Shown here piece by piece: positions 10,373-21,374 of a stretch of 64,000 nucleotides of DNA. Positions within the stretch are counted from its first letter, which is position 1. Each line of letters opens with the position of its first letter. Below the pieces are notes generated by a model. That model was not told the DNA's origin. It did not search any database and saw only the letters and a program-made list of their open reading frames with translations. Position numbers and translations under genes: made by a program. The DNA is from a bacterium. Lineage in GTDB: Bacteria; Oederibacteriota; PGYV01. The stretch covers positions 1,693 to 65,692 of the forward strand of contig JAKQNO010000032.1 of NCBI GenBank assembly GCA_029565735.1, in the 5' to 3' direction.

Positions 10373-10744
10373 GGGTTATCAATTTTAGGGAATATGTATC
10401 TGTAGGGACATCTATGTAAAAAACAGTCAATAAAAAAAAGTATCCCTATATGAAAATTAAGCGTAAATTTTCATTGACTGTACTCCCCCTGTGGAAACCG
10501 GGAAGATATCGTTCTCTGGCAAATTGGGTTCTTTCTCTACCATGCAGTAGTAACGCATTCATTATGCTATGCATCTATGTGAGCCTCGGGTTAAACCCCG
10601 GGTCTATGGTAAATTTAAGCATCAATATAAATGGCAAGGGCTAACCAGCGCTATGTAAGGTCGGCAATTATATGCCGCTTAAACTGTCCCTATTGAGCCT
10701 CTTGGCCTATGCGATAAAATTTATTTGCCAAAGAACTGTTTATC

Positions 10745-11746
10745 TTAGTTACCGATTTTTTGCTTTATTATTTTTCCATCGTATTTTACACCGTTTTTTA
10801 TTACAGCCAGAACAGTTTTAGCTATAAGTCTGGCCACGCAGTTTCTGGCATTATGTGAGAAAACACCTTTGCTGATAAGATTTTCATAATACTCTTTAAA
10901 CGGAGTGTCGTTGGTAATCGCTGTTAATGCGGCCATCTTAAATACAGTTTTTAAAGTTCTGCTGTATCTTGTAATTCTGGCTCCGTAATCACGGTCGCCG
11001 CTGACTTTTCTGTATTTGACAAGTCCGCAATAAGCCAGAAATTTTCTGTAATTTGAAAACCTTTTTGCGTCAAGGATAACGCCGACTATTTTAACAGCTG
11101 ATTTAATTCCTATACCATCTATTTTTGCAATTCTTTTAATGTCTTTATGATTTTTGGCAAGTTCGGCAAATTTTTTTTCATATTCTTTTCTTGAGTTTTC
11201 TATACAAATTATCGTTTGTTTTATCTGGCTGATTACGAAAGAATCCGTAGGCATTCTTTTCGTGTTGTTTAATTCATAAGCCGCAAGCTGGTTTTTAGCG
11301 CGCACAGATGCTTTTATTAAATCTTCATAAGCGCTTATTAGCTTTCTTATTTCGTAATTTTCACTAATTTCATGATGTACAAGTTTCATGAGATTCTTAC
11401 TTCTTGTAAGCATCGCGAGATTTGCTGCATCTCGTTTGTCATTTTTTGGGCCGTCTAAAAGAAGCCTGTTTCTGTATGGATCAACAACTATTACCTCGTC
11501 AACCAGTTCTATTAACTCCGAATACAGGTAATGCGCCGAAGATGTTTCTTCAATTGTTACAGATTTGCTTTCTTTGATATTGCTTATATACTTCTTTAAA
11601 TATGCAATATCTGTCGGCCTTTCAAAAACTCTCGGAGTATCTCTATCCTTGTCAAGCCTTGCGATAGCCATATTGCTTTTAGACCAGTCTAGTGCTAAAA
11701 TTACCTCGTACATTGGCGTGTACCTCCTCTTTTGATTTAAAAACAC
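10745..11746 (-). CDS. IS110-family (DEDD/RuvC-like) transposase
   Basis: N-terminal ALDWSK catalytic motif and C-terminal IDGIGIKSA...YCGLVKYRKVSGD motifs, which are typical of IS110/IS1111 transposases. The true start is probably the Met at 11713 (MYEVILALDWSK). Confidence 0.8.
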   Translation of the reverse strand: MFLNQKRRYTPMYEVILALDWSKSNMAIARLDKDRDTPRVFERPTDIAYLKKYISNIKESKSVTIEETSSAHYLYSELIELVDEVIVVDPYRNRLLLDGPKNDKRDAANLAMLTRSKNLMKLVHHEISENYEIRKLISAYEDLIKASVRAKNQLAAYELNNTKRMPTDSFVISQIKQTIICIENSRKEYEKKFAELAKNHKDIKRIAKIDGIGIKSAVKIVGVILDAKRFSNYRKFLAYCGLVKYRKVSGDRDYGARITRYSRTLKTVFKMAALTAITNDTPFKEYYENLISKGVFSHNARNCVARLIAKTVLAVIKNGVKYDGKIIKQKIGN

Positions 11747-11798
11747 TTTACCGTGTTTCTAACAAAAGGGGAGTAATTTTTTACAATGTACCAGCGCT

Positions 11799-11894
11799 CC
11801 CGCGCTGTCCGCGCATGTAAAAAGATGTTCTAAATAGAAAAATGAGTCATTATAATACAAAAGAAAAAACGGACAGCGCGGGAGCGCTGTCCCT
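11799..11894. repeat. Inverted pair of a 20-nt GC-rich hairpin motif (cagcgctcccgcgctgtccg), REP-like
   Basis: Copy at 11803-11822 and its reverse complement at 11872-11891. Each copy is itself a stem-loop (ggacagcgc-ggga-gcgctgtcc). A third copy lies at 46418-46438. Confidence 0.5.
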
Positions 11895-11959
11895 GCAAAA
11901 ATTCAACGAATCTTCATACACTGCAAAAAAATCATATACATATCATTTTCTATGTATTA

Positions 11960-11987
11960 TTGACGTATTTTAAAATAATGTTATAAT
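11960..11987 (+). promoter_or_regulatory. Sigma70-like promoter for the 12017 gene
   Basis: ttgacg - 16 nt - tataat. Confidence 0.4.
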
Positions 11988-12016
11988 AACTGTCAAATAA
12001 TTAACCGGAGGATTCA

Positions 12017-12652
12017 ATGAAAAGATTAATGCTTTTACTGTCAGTGTTAATTTTTGGTTCGTTCTTATACGCGGCTGACAAAGTTCAGCTTGAAACGCTT
12101 CTGCCGGATGTTTATCTTATAACCGGTGCTAATTATGATAACCTTAACGGCAATAAAGCGTGTTCGCTTCACTGCGGCCACGTGCATTGGCTGATGAGGG
12201 CTTCTTCGGAACTTAAATCCTCCAGCGGGAAAAATTATGGCCCTAAAAATGTTGATGACTGGTCGTTTAAAACGGCCTGGGTTGAAGGTAATAAGAACAG
12301 CGGAAAAGGAGAATACCTTACATTTATTTTTCCGCGTACAACTTTTTTCGCGCGTGATTTAAAACCGTTAAACTGGGACGGTTTTTCCGTGGTAAACGGC
12401 GATATGCGCGATAAAAACGCGTGGAATAATAACGGCAGGGTAAAGACTTTCAGGGTTTACCTTAACGGGCAGCCGCTGTTTGAAGCGTATCTGGAAGACG
12501 AAATGGCTATACAGACATTTTCTTTCGCGCAGTCAGTTATGCTTAATCCGGATGATGTCATAGAAGCGGAAATTGTTGATGTCTATCCCGGAGCTAAGTT
12601 TAAAGATACCGCTGTTTCGGAATTTATGCTTCTTGGGGCTCATAAGGATTAA
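12017..12652 (+). CDS. Secreted hypothetical protein (possible galactose-binding-like / discoidin-like fold)
   Basis: Signal peptide MKRLMLLLSVLIFGSFLYA. No confident family assignment. Confidence 0.5.
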   Translation: MKRLMLLLSVLIFGSFLYAADKVQLETLLPDVYLITGANYDNLNGNKACSLHCGHVHWLMRASSELKSSSGKNYGPKNVDDWSFKTAWVEGNKNSGKGEYLTFIFPRTTFFARDLKPLNWDGFSVVNGDMRDKNAWNNNGRVKTFRVYLNGQPLFEAYLEDEMAIQTFSFAQSVMLNPDDVIEAEIVDVYPGAKFKDTAVSEFMLLGAHKD

Positions 12653-12676
12653 ATTTAAGTTTAATCATAAAACAAA

Positions 12677-12707
12677 AGCCCCGCGCCGCAAAGCCGGGGC
12701 TTTTTTT
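12677..12707 (+). terminator. Rho-independent terminator
   Basis: agccccg...cggggct stem followed by a T7 run. Confidence 0.7.
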
Positions 12708-12726
12708 ATATGATAAAAGGAGAGAT

Positions 12727-13032
12727 ATGAAAAACACGGGATTATTCAAATTCGGAAATGACATTAAGACTGTATTTAAGTCCATTATAGACAAACGCAC
12801 GCCGTGGTATGTTAAGGCTGCCGGGATAATAGGGCTGGCGTATATTGTCCTTCCTTTTGACTTTTTACATGATTACATTCCGGTTTTGGGCTGGACAGAC
12901 GACGTAACAGCCGCTGGCCTTATAATCTGGTTTATACTTGCGCTTATTCCCAAAGAAGTACTGGAGGATAATAAGCAAAAAAAAGAGATTGCAGGCGAAA
13001 TAACAGAAGCAAAGAAACCGGAAGATAAATGA
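12727..13032 (+). CDS. DUF1232 (YkvA-like) small membrane protein
   Basis: PWYVKAAGIIGLAYIVLPFDFLHDYIPVLGWTDD motif. Confidence 0.6.
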   Translation: MKNTGLFKFGNDIKTVFKSIIDKRTPWYVKAAGIIGLAYIVLPFDFLHDYIPVLGWTDDVTAAGLIIWFILALIPKEVLEDNKQKKEIAGEITEAKKPEDK

Positions 13033-13784
13033 AAAAACACCCGCTGTATATCTTTCTTATGCTGGCAATTTTATTACCCGCCATATTTGCGGCCGAAGAA
13101 GCGCAGGAAGAAGATTATTCCGCGATGTTTGATATTTCAACAGTCAGCCCTTCCATGATGACTTATGAAAGCCTTGCCATTATCTGGGAAAGTATGGACA
13201 ACGGGCAGAAGAAAAAAACCGTAAAAATGCTTAAAGAAAAATGGACCACAATGAGCAATGATGAAAAATCCGGTTTTATCGGGGAAATAACAAAGTGGTG
13301 GAACGGGCTTTCGGATAAAGAACAGTCAAAGGTTATTACAAAGACAAAAATCCGGTGGAATAAGCTGTCTGATGATGAGAAGAGGGAAATTATAGACAAC
13401 GTACAGCAGTGGTGGACGGGAATAAGCGGGGAAGAGCAGAAAAGCATACTGGCAAAAGTTCAGGATAAATGGGCGAAAATGACGGCAACTGCCAAAAAAA
13501 AGACCGTGGGATACGTTGAAACGCTGTGGAATTCCATGTCTGAAGCGGAAAAACAGACAGCTGTTTTAACCGCGAAAAACTGGTGGATGCTTCTGCCGTA
13601 CGAAGCCAAGGAAGAAGTGGTTTTAATGGCCCAGAATAAGTGGTCTGTGCTGCCGGAAGAAGATAAGGCGGTATTAAAAGAAAAAGCCAAGTACTGGTGG
13701 AACGGGTTAAAAGAAGAAGAACGCCAGCGCCTTATAGCCGACGCCATGATGAAATGGCAGGAGATTTTGAAGAGAATAAAATAA
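13029..13784 (+). CDS. Secreted repeat protein (DUF3106-like W-x-x-L-S-x-x-E-K repeats)
   Basis: Signal peptide, then about eight ~24-aa repeats of the type KWxxLSDDEKxxI..W. Confidence 0.5.
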   Translation: MKKHPLYIFLMLAILLPAIFAAEEAQEEDYSAMFDISTVSPSMMTYESLAIIWESMDNGQKKKTVKMLKEKWTTMSNDEKSGFIGEITKWWNGLSDKEQSKVITKTKIRWNKLSDDEKREIIDNVQQWWTGISGEEQKSILAKVQDKWAKMTATAKKKTVGYVETLWNSMSEAEKQTAVLTAKNWWMLLPYEAKEEVVLMAQNKWSVLPEEDKAVLKEKAKYWWNGLKEEERQRLIADAMMKWQEILKRIK

Positions 13785-13852
13785 AAGTCAGCGCATAAGC
13801 CATAGCCCATAAATAAAACACAACAAGCAACTGGTTTATATTTGTTTTGCCT

Positions 13853-14026
13853 TGGTAGACGCGGGTCTTTAGCCCGCGCGTTGTTGGTTTGTATCTGATT
13901 CTTTTAAAAAATAAAGTAATTTAAAGCGATATGTTTATTATTTTTAGTTGCGTATGTTTAAATGCCTACAGCTTAAAATGATTTTTTAATAACTCACTGC
14001 CGCGGGCTAAAGACCCGCGTCTACCA
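13853..14026. mobile_element. 174-bp MITE-like element with 26-bp perfect terminal inverted repeats (tggtagacgcgggtctttagcccgcg)
   Basis: TIR at 13853-13878 and its reverse complement at 14001-14026. Each arm contains a cgcggg/cccgcg hairpin. The core is AT-rich and non-coding. Confidence 0.5.
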
Positions 14027-14121
14027 AATCCAGACCCATATTTCGAGCTGTTTTACCGCTTTACTTCTGTCCCTCCGTGCATCCGTCCCTCTGTCCCTCA
14101 TTTTTACAATAATTCCGGTCA

Positions 14122-14156
14122 TAAAAAAAGCCCGGCACGATTTGTGCCGGGCTTTT
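14122..14156 (-). terminator. Terminator (bidirectional-type hairpin) for the minus-strand OMP gene
   Basis: gcccggcac-gattt-gtgccgggc flanked by A7 on one side and T4 on the other. Confidence 0.65.
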
Positions 14157-14170
14157 GGTTTTAATTATTG

Positions 14171-15217
14171 TTACTGGGCGTTCTTTTTAAGCCAGTTCTG
14201 TATCTGTGTGTCAGAAGGATTCTGACGGATATAGTATTTAAGGTACTGGGCAGCCCTTGCCTTATCGCCCATATAGTAATAGCACATACCAATCTTCTTA
14301 TAAAGCCCCGCGTTAGGTGCCTGTTTAACTGCGCCGCCGTAATACTTAAGCGCGCCTTTGTAATTTTTCTGTTTGTAGTAATAATCGCCCCACTTTTCAT
14401 ACTTGGATGAAGCGCCTGTAACCGCTTTTGATTTTGTGCCTGTGGCTGCTGTTGTGGAGGCAGCGCCTTCTGTTCCGCCAAAGTAGAAACTTAAGCCTGC
14501 GCCGAAATAAATGCCTGAAAGGTCAATGGCTGTTGCCTTGAAAATCTTTTCTCCGCCAATTTCTGCGTTAAAAGGAAGTTCATCGGGGTAGGTTATGGGC
14601 ATGCTTGCTATCCTGTAACCCACGTTTGCGCCAAGGCCAACCGTATCGCTTACCATAAACTTTGCGCCTGCTTCAATGTTGGCGCCAAAGAACATATTGT
14701 CAAAGTCAACAGAGTAATACTGTTCCATAGGTGTGTCGTGGAAAAAATTAATTTCCCAGAAACTCTGATAATTCATAAACATACCTGCGTCCGCTCCAAG
14801 GGATATAAAGAACTTTTCGGAAGCTGGTATGTAATACTTTCCGCCAAGGCCGAAATAACCGATTGAAAATGCCGCGTGGTTATAAAAGACCTCTTCGTCG
14901 TTTAAATCCGTGTAGGCCACTTCGTCCTGGGTGAACATAAAGTCTGTCTTAAAAAAGATTCCTACGTTAGGTGTGGCAAGGTATTCAAGCAGCAGGCTGC
15001 CTGTCGGGGCAATACCGATAAAAGTGGATGCACCGGGGTCTGTGTTTGGGAAATTGTTTGTTGCAATATATTTATAGTCTTCATCAAAGGCTGACGGATT
15101 CAACAGTGTGGCTCCGCCGCGAAGTTCAATTCCAAATTTGCCGTTCATTCCGCCTTCGGCCAGAAGGGCAGATGACAGCATTGCAAATACAAGTACCGCA
15201 ACAATCCTCTTGAACAT
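14171..15217 (-). CDS. Outer-membrane beta-barrel protein with a C-terminal TPR-like module
   Basis: Signal peptide MFKRIVAVLVFAMLSSALLA. Gly/aromatic-rich barrel segment. C-terminal YYYKQKNYKGALKYYGGAV...YMGDKARAAQYLKYYIRQNP is homologous to the N-terminal module of the 1-765 protein. Confidence 0.6.
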   Translation of the reverse strand: MFKRIVAVLVFAMLSSALLAEGGMNGKFGIELRGGATLLNPSAFDEDYKYIATNNFPNTDPGASTFIGIAPTGSLLLEYLATPNVGIFFKTDFMFTQDEVAYTDLNDEEVFYNHAAFSIGYFGLGGKYYIPASEKFFISLGADAGMFMNYQSFWEINFFHDTPMEQYYSVDFDNMFFGANIEAGAKFMVSDTVGLGANVGYRIASMPITYPDELPFNAEIGGEKIFKATAIDLSGIYFGAGLSFYFGGTEGAASTTAATGTKSKAVTGASSKYEKWGDYYYKQKNYKGALKYYGGAVKQAPNAGLYKKIGMCYYYMGDKARAAQYLKYYIRQNPSDTQIQNWLKKNAQ

Positions 15218-15370
15218 GAATATTTACCTCCGCATAATATTTAATGAATAACTGATTTTATCATATTATTGATTTTTTAGTCAATAAATTAATAGCATTA
15301 TTAACATAGACAAAAATGCATATTTTTTAAATAATATATTGCAATAAAACGGTCAAAATACTATAATCTA

Positions 15371-15384
15371 TTTTAACGTTAAAA
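15371..15384. promoter_or_regulatory. Perfect 14-bp palindrome ttttaacgttaaaa just upstream of the GH9 gene RBS (putative operator)
   Basis: Same AACGTT-centred motif as at 6557-6569. Lies 16 nt before the start codon. Confidence 0.3.
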
Positions 15385-15399
15385 CAAAAGAGGTGCAAA

Positions 15400-17109
15400 A
15401 TGGCAAGAAAACTGATCCTAATATTTGCAGGGGTGTTTATGGCGATTAATGCGGCGGCTTATTCGGAAAGTATCAAGGTTAACACAATAGGGTATAAACC
15501 TTTGGAAGAAAAGTTTGTGGTCTGCGACAAGGCGTGTTCATATTTCGCGGTTTATGATAATAAAGGAAAGAAAGTGTTTTCCAATGACATGAAAGGGCCG
15601 GTTAAGGACGCGGTATCCGGCGATGAATGCTTTACAGGGAATTTTACGCAGTTTAAAACCCCGGGGGTATATTATATAGAAATAGAAAAGGCGGGAAGGT
15701 CCGCGGAATTTGAAATCAGCGACAGTATTTACGATAAGCCCTTTGAAAAAGTCATGCACGCTTTTTACCAGCTGCGCTGCGGTATTGACATAAAAAGCAA
15801 AACAGGTTTTGAACACAAGGCGTGCCACTTAAATCCGGCGGAGTATCACGAAACAACCGGCGAAGAAGGGGAAATTGATGTAAACGGCGGATGGCACGAC
15901 GCGGGCGATTACGGCAAATACGCGGTCAACAGCGGAATTTCCACCGGCACGCTTATTTTAATGTTTGAAAGGTATAAAAACAGGCTGGAAAATATAAATA
16001 CAGGCATTCCGGCAGAGCAGAAAATAAAAAAGCTTCCTGATGTTTTAAATGAAATTAAATGGAACCTTGACTGGATGTTAAAGATGCAGGCGAAAAACGG
16101 CGGCGTTTATCATAAGGCAACGCCGCTGCAGTTTCCGCCGCTTAATATTATGCCCGAAGATGATAAAAACACTTATTTTGTCTATGAAATAACTTCCACT
16201 GCCACCGCGGATTTTGCCGCTGTAATGGCTGCCGCGGCAAGGGTGTTTAAAAGTTATGACTCTGCTTACGCGGATAAATGCCTTAAAGCCGCGGAAAAGG
16301 CGTGGGGTTATCTTGAGGCAAACTTGGGCATGGTTCCAAAAGAAGGTTATAAGAATCCTGATGACACAAAGACAGGGCAGTACGGCGATAATGACGACAA
16401 AGATGAAAGGCTTTGGGCCGCTGCCGAGCTGTTTTCAACAACAGGGAAAGACACATATAACACTTATTTCACCGCCAATTATAAAAACTGGGAAAAAGCC
16501 GTTGATAAAGCGCCGTCGTGGAGGGAAGTAAAGGAAATGGCAATGGTTTCCTACTGTATGTCGGAACAGGCGGGTAAATCCGAAGAGGCGTGCGCTTCAA
16601 TAAAGGATTCCATACGCGTCCACTGCGACACGCTTATGGCAAGGATAAATGAAAACGGCTACAGAAATGTGATGAGCGAGGATGATTATGTGTGGGGTTC
16701 AAATTCCGTCGCCTTGAATTACGCCATTAACCTTATAAGCGGCGCGGAAATACTTGCGGAGCCCAAATACAAAAAAGGCGCGCTTGAAATTCTTGGATAC
16801 ATATTCGGAATAAACCCGTTTGCAAGAAGTTATGTGACGGGAATAGGCGGTAATTATCCGTTAAACATACATCACAGGCCTTCGGCGGGAGATAAGAATT
16901 CAGAGCCGTGGCCCGGCCTTCTGGCTGGCGGGCCCAATAAAAGGCCGCAGGATAACCCGCTTAGGTCATTGCCTTTTGGGACTCCTCCGGCAAGAAGCTA
17001 CGCCGACCATGTTGATTCATACGCAAGCAATGAAATAGCGATAAACTGGAACGCGCCGCTTGCGTTTGTCCTGGCGGAATTTATATCAAATAACGTGGTG
17101 ATGGAATAA
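15400..17109 (+). CDS. Glycoside hydrolase family 9 endoglucanase with an N-terminal CelD-type Ig-like domain
   Basis: GGWHDAGDYGKY, DERLWAAAELF and the GH9 C-terminal HHR/ASNEIAINWNAPL motifs. Signal peptide present. Confidence 0.85.
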   Translation: MARKLILIFAGVFMAINAAAYSESIKVNTIGYKPLEEKFVVCDKACSYFAVYDNKGKKVFSNDMKGPVKDAVSGDECFTGNFTQFKTPGVYYIEIEKAGRSAEFEISDSIYDKPFEKVMHAFYQLRCGIDIKSKTGFEHKACHLNPAEYHETTGEEGEIDVNGGWHDAGDYGKYAVNSGISTGTLILMFERYKNRLENINTGIPAEQKIKKLPDVLNEIKWNLDWMLKMQAKNGGVYHKATPLQFPPLNIMPEDDKNTYFVYEITSTATADFAAVMAAAARVFKSYDSAYADKCLKAAEKAWGYLEANLGMVPKEGYKNPDDTKTGQYGDNDDKDERLWAAAELFSTTGKDTYNTYFTANYKNWEKAVDKAPSWREVKEMAMVSYCMSEQAGKSEEACASIKDSIRVHCDTLMARINENGYRNVMSEDDYVWGSNSVALNYAINLISGAEILAEPKYKKGALEILGYIFGINPFARSYVTGIGGNYPLNIHHRPSAGDKNSEPWPGLLAGGPNKRPQDNPLRSLPFGTPPARSYADHVDSYASNEIAINWNAPLAFVLAEFISNNVVME

Positions 17110-17198
17110 ACAGTTAATTAATTGAAATCCGGCGGTATATATAATACAATATCGTTTGACTTAAGTTTACGGGTGAAAATGCGATATTGGGGTATAAG

Positions 17199-18230
17199 AT
17201 GAAACGCGTAACGGTACAGGATATTGCGCAGAGAGCCGGCGTTACAAAAGCCACTGTTTCCATGGTGGTTAATGGTTCCAAACGCATCGGGAAAGAAACA
17301 AGGGCAAAGATAATGGACATTGTACGCGAGCTTAATTACATTCCAAATGAATCCGCAAGAAAACTTGCGCTGGGCAGAAGCGGGGTTATTGCCGTAATAG
17401 CGCCAAGGTATAACGGCCCCTATATGATGAGCGTCCTGAACGAGTTTGAAGAAAAATCATTCGCCACGGGCAGCTACCTTCACAGCATACAGGCGTATTC
17501 AACGATGCATAAAAATGATATAAGGGAAAAACTGCTTAAGCAGATTTTTTACGGAAGAAAGGCGGACGCGGTGGTTCTTATTTCCCTTAGGCCCGATGAT
17601 GAAACTGTGGAGCTTTTCAGAAGCGAAGGCATACCTTTAATACTTCTGGAAAACAAAGTTAAAGGCACGCATTCAATAAGTATTGATAACGAAGCGGGAG
17701 TATATAAAGCCGCGGATTATCTTATAAAAAAATACGGCAAAAAAATCACATTCATATCATCCATGCCGGCAAGGTCAAAAAACGCGGAAAGTAATCCTAT
17801 ATTTGACGCGCGTTTGAGCGGTTTTAAAAGGGCGTTAAGCGACAACAAGATAGAATTCCGCGGTTCCATGGTGGCATACACCCCTGATTTTGATTATCGT
17901 GAAGCGCCGGCGGCCTATAAAGAACTTAAAAGAAATAATGACGGAATAGATTCAATACTGTGCTCAACGGGGGATAAAGTCGCGTTTGGAATAATAGAAG
18001 AGATAAAGAAAGACGGGCTTAACGTTCCCGATGATATCGCGGTTATCGGCTTTGACGATTTTTTACCCCTTACGATGACATCTTCCCCGAAGATTACCAC
18101 GATAAGGCAGGATTTTTCAAAAATAGGCGGCGAAGCGTTTGATATGGTAATGAAGGCAATAAAGGATAAACCGGAAAAGGATATGAATGTCATAATACAG
18201 CCTGAATTAATAATAAGGGAGTCGGCGTGA
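17199..18230 (+). CDS. LacI-family transcriptional regulator (paralog 1)
   Basis: HTH VTVQDIAQRAGVTKATVSMVVNG, followed by a periplasmic-binding-protein fold. The ORF track starts at a TTG (17187). The ATG at 17199 is preferred. Confidence 0.85.
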   Translation: MKRVTVQDIAQRAGVTKATVSMVVNGSKRIGKETRAKIMDIVRELNYIPNESARKLALGRSGVIAVIAPRYNGPYMMSVLNEFEEKSFATGSYLHSIQAYSTMHKNDIREKLLKQIFYGRKADAVVLISLRPDDETVELFRSEGIPLILLENKVKGTHSISIDNEAGVYKAADYLIKKYGKKITFISSMPARSKNAESNPIFDARLSGFKRALSDNKIEFRGSMVAYTPDFDYREAPAAYKELKRNNDGIDSILCSTGDKVAFGIIEEIKKDGLNVPDDIAVIGFDDFLPLTMTSSPKITTIRQDFSKIGGEAFDMVMKAIKDKPEKDMNVIIQPELIIRESA

Positions 18231-19258
18231 AAAACATAACCATAAGGGATGTGGCAAAACTTGCGGGAGTTTCGCACGTTACAGTTTCCAATGTAATAAA
18301 CGGCCGCGGCAGGATGTCCGCGGAGACAAAAGAAAAGGTTTTAAAAGCCGTTAAAAAGCTTAAATTCTATCCTGATGTCATGGCAAGGACGCTTGCCGGA
18401 GGAAAGTCCAATACAATCGCCCTTATAAGTTCTTATCTGTCATCTCCTTTTGTAATTAACATACTGGCAGGGGTGGAACGCAGGCAGGCTGAATTAAATA
18501 AGTTTGCCTACCGGCTGGAACATCACAGCACAAGGGGGGCGCTGTCGGTAAAAGAAGACCTTTTAAAAAGCATCCTTTACGGGAAGAAAGCGGCCGCGGT
18601 TATTACCGTTACCATAAAGCCAAGCGCTGAACTTGTAAAAGAATTTTCAAAAAGGGGCATACCGCTTGTAATCATAGAAAATAAAGCACCGGGTGCAAGT
18701 TCGGTAACCCTGGATAATTATAAGGGCGCTTTTCTGGCAACCGAACAGCTTATAAAATCCGGAAGAAAAAAACTTGTGCTTGTAAACGGGCCGGTGGGTT
18801 CCAGTGTTTATGATGAAGAGGAAAATCCCGTGGTCTCCGAGCGCTTAAAAGGTTTTAAAGACGCGCTGGAAGAATATAATTTAAAATATGAAGACAGGAT
18901 GTCTTATCATGTGGCTTTCTACAACAGGGAAGAGGGCGAAAAAGCCATGCAGCGTATTAATAATTCCGGCGCTAAGGTAAACGGAATTTTCTGTGCGGCA
19001 GGCGACACTGCAGCGCTTGGCATAATTTATCAGTGCAGGAAGTACGGGATAAAAATTCCGCAGGATATAGCACTGGCAGGCTACGACGACATTTCAACCG
19101 CGGCAATAATGACCCCGCCTTTGACAACCGTAAGGCAGCCAATGGAACAGATGGGAAGCGCCGCGTTTGATATTGTGATGGCGGCGCTGGAAAACGGGGT
19201 TAAAAAACAGGCGGATATTGTTTTACAGCCGGAACTGATAGTAAGGGAAAGCGCATAA
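18227..19258 (+). CDS. LacI-family transcriptional regulator (paralog 2, tandem with paralog 1)
   Basis: HTH ITIRDVAKLAGVSHVTVSNVING. The C-terminus QPELIVRESA is shared with paralogs 1 and 3. Four-nucleotide overlap with the upstream gene. Confidence 0.85.
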   Translation: MKNITIRDVAKLAGVSHVTVSNVINGRGRMSAETKEKVLKAVKKLKFYPDVMARTLAGGKSNTIALISSYLSSPFVINILAGVERRQAELNKFAYRLEHHSTRGALSVKEDLLKSILYGKKAAAVITVTIKPSAELVKEFSKRGIPLVIIENKAPGASSVTLDNYKGAFLATEQLIKSGRKKLVLVNGPVGSSVYDEEENPVVSERLKGFKDALEEYNLKYEDRMSYHVAFYNREEGEKAMQRINNSGAKVNGIFCAAGDTAALGIIYQCRKYGIKIPQDIALAGYDDISTAAIMTPPLTTVRQPMEQMGSAAFDIVMAALENGVKKQADIVLQPELIVRESA

Positions 19259-19261
19259 TAA

Positions 19262-19470
19262 ATCTTAAGCTATAAGCATTAGGCAGTTAAGCATAAGCGA
19301 AAGGGAAATAAAAATAAGCAGGTAAGCATTAGGCAGTTAAGCATAAGCGAAAGGGAAATAAAAATAAGCAGGTAAGCATTAGGCAGTTAAGCATAAGCGG
19401 ACGGGAATGCCGGACTGTTTTTTATAATCTTTCGCTTATGCTTAATTGCTTATCAGCTTATTGCTTAAAG
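19262..19470. repeat. Tandem-repeat array (50-bp period, 2.5 units) plus inverted partial copies, giving a long imperfect hairpin
   Basis: Unit taagcattaggcagttaagcataagcgaaagggaaataaaaataagcagg at 19272, 19322 and 19372. The array ends with ggacgggaatgccggactgttttttataat followed by the reverse-complement segment ctttcgcttatgcttaattgcttatcagcttattgcttaaag. A related array lies at 26173-26569. Confidence 0.8.
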
Positions 19471-19586
19471 TTTAAACCGACCATCTGACCTTCCGACCTT
19501 CTGGCCCTCTTGTTTTACCCGTCTTCATAAGATATACTTTATTTACAAGGGAGTTTATGGGGCGAATACATCAAACAATACTCTGA

Positions 19587-21373
<1,787 letters not shown>

Positions 21374-21374
21374 T

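Larger units (their letters stand above)
10690..11950 (-). mobile_element. Putative IS110-family insertion sequence (boundaries approximate)
   Basis: Transposase CDS plus ~200 bp of 5' non-coding leader at 11747-11950, before the promoter of the next gene. IS110 elements lack terminal inverted repeats, so the ends cannot be fixed from one copy. Confidence 0.35.

Noticed and set aside
10450-10644. 64-aa ORF in the intergenic region left of the IS110 transposase
   Set aside because: No RBS, hydrophobic low-complexity translation. It lies in the probable right end of the insertion sequence and is likely non-coding.
19262-19470. Repeat arrays flanking the ATPase operon considered as CRISPR arrays
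   Set aside because: Units are separated by only 3-12 nt A-rich linkers rather than 30-40-nt unique spacers. The period varies (41-50 bp). The arrays end in inverted copies that form a hairpin. No cas genes are nearby.
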